Source of the DNA: Nitrospirota bacterium
Lineage (GTDB): Bacteria > Nitrospirota > Thermodesulfovibrionia > Thermodesulfovibrionales > Dissulfurispiraceae
Length of the DNA: 64,000 nucleotides
Assembly (NCBI GenBank): GCA_963710375.1
Contig: CAVPZX010000008.1
Location: forward strand, 32,001-96,000
Direction: 5' to 3'
Shown: positions 60,373 through 64,000 of the stretch, in pieces
How the letters are laid out: each line of letters opens with the position of its first letter
Numbering within the stretch: position 1 is the stretch's first letter
The notes under the pieces: generated by a model
The model's database searches: none
What the model was told of the DNA's origin: nothing
What the model saw: only the letters and a program-made list of their open reading frames with translations
Program-made: the position numbers and the translations under genes

Positions 60373-60762
60373 TCAGTAAACTCCCAACAGGTTCAGAGCG
60401 AGAATTAACAACCCGGCAACTGCTATTCTCTTAACTATCAGAGGACTTACCCTTTTAGCGATCTGGGGGGCGATAAAGCCGCCCAGTATCGCAGCGGGAA
60501 ACATTACAAGAAAGAAAAGGAGGTCGAAGTGCCCGAACTGGTAATGCCGCATAGTACCCATCAGAGTATTAAAAAAAATAGCCAGAAGCGAGCTGCCAAC
60601 CACTATGTACATTGGCAGTCCGAGACCCACCGTCATCAGCGGGACCATAAAAGGCCCGCCTCCGAATCCGAACATCGAAGAGACAATCGCTATAATAAAT
60701 CCCCCGATGCACCCCAATACTATGTTCACTTTGAATTCATGTCCCCAGAAATCTACTGTCAT
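60373..60762 (-). CDS. TSUP (TauE/SafE) transporter, C-terminal half
   Basis: SSMFGFGGGPFMVP, VGSSL. Confidence 0.85.
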   Translation of the reverse strand: MTVDFWGHEFKVNIVLGCIGGFIIAIVSSMFGFGGGPFMVPLMTVGLGLPMYIVVGSSLLAIFFNTLMGTMRHYQFGHFDLLFFLVMFPAAILGGFIAPQIAKRVSPLIVKRIAVAGLLILALNLLGVY

Positions 60763-60771
60763 GATGACCTC

Positions 60772-61992
60772 CTATTTATTTTGAGGCAAAGCACATGCCG
60801 CTTCTTTTGTCTTAGCGCATTCTTCGGCCCTTTTCTTGAACTCCTTCAGGATCGCCTGCTCTTTCTTGTTCTTTGCCAAATATCCCGGCGTAGTCTGCCA
60901 GAACATAAGGCCGGCAAGCACAAGCAAAATCCATCCAAAAACGAATTTGAACTGATCGAGTGTGATCAGCTCAGTCAGTTTCGGTCCTATAAAGCCGCCT
61001 ACGACCATCGCAAGCCCTATGGCAACGCCCAGCTTCCAGCTTATGAACTTTATCCTGGAGTAGTTATAGATGCCGCTGCCCTGAGAAAACAAAACGGTCG
61101 GCATAACAGTGCCAGCCACAACCGCGTGAGGAAGAGGCCAAAGAGAAACCAGAAGCGGGTTCATGATAAATCCGCCGCCTGCTCCCATCAGAACGCCGAA
61201 TATGGAGATGAACAATGAAAGGAAAAATGGCCCGAACAAGTTCAGGCTCGTTCCGGCATTGCTGAGATAAACATTAGGAAATGTAATATTGTTTTCGAAT
61301 ACTGCGGGCAGGCTTCTCGTATTTTTGTCAACCGACGCTACAATATAATACTTGCCCGGCGCAAGCCCCTTCCTGATCCTCAGCACCGCCTTGTAAGTGC
61401 CGTCAGGGTTTACTTTCACTTCTGCTCCAATCACTTTATCAGGAGACCTGAAACGGACCTTTGTCAGTTGAATGGAGCGCTCAGTGTTGTCCTTTTCATC
61501 CATCTGAGGCAGCAAATCTCCTCTTGAACCTATAATGCTTCCCATAAGGGTTGCCTGATACCGGTCTATTTTGGCCTTTGCCGGAGCAGAATAAACGTCT
61601 TCAGCGCCCATATCCTTGAGGGCCTTTGAAAGACTCCACTTACTCCCCTCTTTCTTTATTTTGTCCAGATTATCCTTCTGGTCCTCTGGGACAAAGAGCT
61701 TGTAGTAGGCAGGCATTTGATGCGTCATGTATAGAATATACGGTCTTTTCCCTGTCTCTTTGTCCACGTCCGAATCAAAACGCGATGTCTGAACCTGTTT
61801 TTCGGACCAGACCTCAATAAAAACCGGCTTGCCTGCAGGAGCTCTCCCCGTAATCGTGATCGTACCGCCATTGTCCAGTGATGTTTTATCAGCCTGCAAA
61901 GTGATTCCGCTCCCTGGTGCGGAAGCAAATACGCCGCCATGCCAGACAAGTAACGCGGCAGTCAATACTATAAAGAACGGCAAACGCTTCAT
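60772..61992 (-). CDS. TSUP (TauE/SafE) transporter, N-terminal half with a large extracytoplasmic domain
   Basis: Signal peptide, ~220 aa soluble region, then GVLMGAGGGFIMNP, VAGTV. Confidence 0.83.
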   Translation of the reverse strand: MKRLPFFIVLTAALLVWHGGVFASAPGSGITLQADKTSLDNGGTITITGRAPAGKPVFIEVWSEKQVQTSRFDSDVDKETGKRPYILYMTHQMPAYYKLFVPEDQKDNLDKIKKEGSKWSLSKALKDMGAEDVYSAPAKAKIDRYQATLMGSIIGSRGDLLPQMDEKDNTERSIQLTKVRFRSPDKVIGAEVKVNPDGTYKAVLRIRKGLAPGKYYIVASVDKNTRSLPAVFENNITFPNVYLSNAGTSLNLFGPFFLSLFISIFGVLMGAGGGFIMNPLLVSLWPLPHAVVAGTVMPTVLFSQGSGIYNYSRIKFISWKLGVAIGLAMVVGGFIGPKLTELITLDQFKFVFGWILLVLAGLMFWQTTPGYLAKNKKEQAILKEFKKRAEECAKTKEAACALPQNK

Positions 61993-62178
61993 CTGTTATC
62001 CTCCTTTTATTATCAGTTACTAAATGATTGCATAAATATACCATAGGCTACATAAAGGTATGAAATAATGCAACTAAGGAATTTCTTCTGAATTCATGTT
62101 GAACTTTTTCTCGCAGCCTATTTTATCAAGTAAGCTGTTGCAGGGGCAAATCGCCAGGTTGAAAGATACGGAAATGGG

Positions 62179-63285
62179 TTACTTTGGTCCTACAGTATTT
62201 AGCATCGCCAAAATCTTATTCGTGACATTGGCAGGCAGCCGTACATATCCAAGTTGGGGGGCATAGTTTTGGCCATCCAGCAAACACCACTGGAAGAGAT
62301 CACGGATGGACTTTGCTTTTTCAGGGTCCGGGTAGTTCTTGTAGAGCAGAATCCAGGTAAAGGTGACGATAGGGTAAGAATCCTGCCCGGATGGGTCAGG
62401 GACAAAGACTCGCAGGTTCTCGGGCATCTCTGCTGTAGCCAACGCGGCTGTGCAGCTCTGCTCTGTAGGCTTGATGAACTTCCCTTCTTTGTTCTCGAGG
62501 ACAGCCAGCTTCAGCCCCAGCTGCCGGGCGAACTCGTAGCTCACGTAGCCGATGGAGCCTATTGACTGGTTGATACGTCCAGCCACACCTTCATTGCCCT
62601 TTGCCCTCATAGCGTTGCCGGGCCAATTCACCAGAATGGAAGGTCCATGCTGAGCGCGCCATTTATCGCTGATAGCATCGAGATGTTTTGTAAACGCATA
62701 GGTCGTGCCGCTGCCGTCCTGACGCACTACGGTCGCGATGGATAACCTCGGGAGCTTTATTCCCGGGTTCGTCTTTGCAATGGCCGGGTCGTTCCAACTC
62801 TTGATCTCGCCCATGAATATGCCTGCATACGCCTTGCGAGATAGTTTTAGGTCCCCCTCCAGGCCGGGTAGGTTATAAGCGAGTGCGACACTGCCTGCCG
62901 TGACCGGCAATAACAGCACACCGTCAGGGACCTTGCCCATATCTTCGTCCTGCATCGCGGCATCGCTGGCTCCGAAATCGACCCGCTCTTCTTCTTTGAC
63001 GTTCTTCCCTATAAACCGCCGGATGCCCTCTCCGCTGCCGACGCTGTCGTATGTGATGATCGTCTTGGGGTGGTCCTTCTGATAGACATCAAACCAGCGT
63101 TTGTAGAGCAGTGAAGGGAAAGTAGCCCCGGCCCCGCGTAAAAGAATACCACCAGGCGGGACTTGTACCTTTTCCTCTTTGTTAACCTGCGAAGAACATC
63201 CTTGAGCACCCCCAAGGAGAACAACGACTGCCAGAAAGAACGCAGCGCCTCTCAAAGCCAAATGTAACGCTCTGTATACTCGCAT
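62179..63285 (-). CDS. pstS: Phosphate ABC transporter substrate-binding protein
   Basis: GAGATFP, SVGSGEGI, DFGASDA, RQDGSGTT, YPIVTFTW. Confidence 0.95.
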   Translation of the reverse strand: MRVYRALHLALRGAAFFLAVVVLLGGAQGCSSQVNKEEKVQVPPGGILLRGAGATFPSLLYKRWFDVYQKDHPKTIITYDSVGSGEGIRRFIGKNVKEEERVDFGASDAAMQDEDMGKVPDGVLLLPVTAGSVALAYNLPGLEGDLKLSRKAYAGIFMGEIKSWNDPAIAKTNPGIKLPRLSIATVVRQDGSGTTYAFTKHLDAISDKWRAQHGPSILVNWPGNAMRAKGNEGVAGRINQSIGSIGYVSYEFARQLGLKLAVLENKEGKFIKPTEQSCTAALATAEMPENLRVFVPDPSGQDSYPIVTFTWILLYKNYPDPEKAKSIRDLFQWCLLDGQNYAPQLGYVRLPANVTNKILAMLNTVGPK

Positions 63286-63316
63286 AGTGTTTTCTCTCCT
63301 CTGCGGAATAGCGTCG

Positions 63317-64000
63317 TTAGCTGAACTGGCCACTGATATAGTCTTTGGTGTACTGTTCTCTGGGATTGCCAAATATCTGCCCCGACTCGCCGAACTCCAC
63401 CAGGTATCCGCATCTGCCGCCGTCCGAGGTGTCTACGTATAAAAAGGCGGTTTTGTCAGCGACACGCTGCGCCTGCTGCAGGTTATGGGTAACAATGGCG
63501 ATCGTGTAGCGGGTTTTCAGTTCGACCATGAGTTCTTCGATCTTGCGTGTTGCGATAGGGTCGAGCGCTGAACAGGGCTCATCCATCAGCAGCACTTCCG
63601 GTTCCGTGGCAATGGCCCTGGCAATACAAAGTCGCTGCTGTTGCCCCCCGGATAGCGAAAGGCCGCTCTTGTGCAGTTTGTCCTTGACCTCATCCCACAG
63701 CGCGGCGCGCTTCAAAGCATCTTCGACCTTATCAACGACCGGTCCTTTATAGCTGTTCAGCCTCAGGCCGAATGCGACGTTATTATAAATGCTCATTGCG
63801 AATGGGTTAGGCTGCTGAAATACCATGCCGATAAAGCGTCGCACCGCGGTTGCATCTACAGAAGGATGGTAGATATCTTTGCCGCGGAAATGTACGTGGC
63901 CCTTGAACCGAAAACCCCGCACAAGGTCGTTCATCCGGTTCAGGCAGCGCAAAACCGTGCTTTTCCCGCACCCTGACGGTCCGATGAATGCCGTGATCTT
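63317..64000 (-). CDS. pstB: Phosphate ABC transporter ATP-binding protein (5' end outside the window)
   Basis: [46 protein letters not shown]. Confidence 0.96.
   Translation of the reverse strand, partial: KITAFIGPSGCGKSTVLRCLNRMNDLVRGFRFKGHVHFRGKDIYHPSVDATAVRRFIGMVFQQPNPFAMSIYNNVAFGLRLNSYKGPVVDKVEDALKRAALWDEVKDKLHKSGLSLSGGQQQRLCIARAIATEPEVLLMDEPCSALDPIATRKIEELMVELKTRYTIAIVTHNLQQAQRVADKTAFLYVDTSDGGRCGYLVEFGESGQIFGNPREQYTKDYISGQFS

Noticed and set aside
62029..62044. Sigma54-like TGGTATATTTATGCA upstream of the TSUP gene
   Set aside because: GG-to-GC spacing is 9 nt rather than the required 10

Overview
Bacterial genomic window, almost entirely minus-strand coding. The gene order murI-rph-ftsH-folP, plus secA, cheV, fmdE and TSUP/DUF169 genes, suggests an anaerobic Gram-negative such as Nitrospirota or Desulfobacterota (inference). 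From left to right: (1) nitrilase and TVP38/DedA genes; (2) a two-gene unit encoding an exported protein with a 28-Cys metallothionein-like repeat fused to a YtkA/FixH-like domain, followed by a MauG/CcP-family di-heme enzyme; (3) a ~38 kb surface-glycan locus (wzm/wzt, many GTs, four SAM methyltransferases, two acyltransferases, two B12 radical SAM enzymes, wzy-like, OM barrel, wza, wzc, cpsB, ligase-TPR, gmd, fcl, priming transferase) with an ops-like leader motif and a four-helix-bundle gene bracketed by inverted heptamer arrays; (4) housekeeping genes; (5) a modE/fmdE pair, a cluster of PEP-synthase-like, ArsC, DUF169 and split TSUP genes, and pstS/pstB. Two small non-coding repeat families occur: a 180-182 bp palindromic MITE-like element (2 copies, one inserted in a gene start) and a ~90 bp hexamer-repeat hairpin (2 copies). 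Five genes, including secA, carry single +1 frameshifts that are probably sequencing errors. The best candidate for an undescribed system is the metallothionein-YtkA / di-heme enzyme pair at 1416-3550. All family assignments come from motif recognition by eye; no database searches were run.
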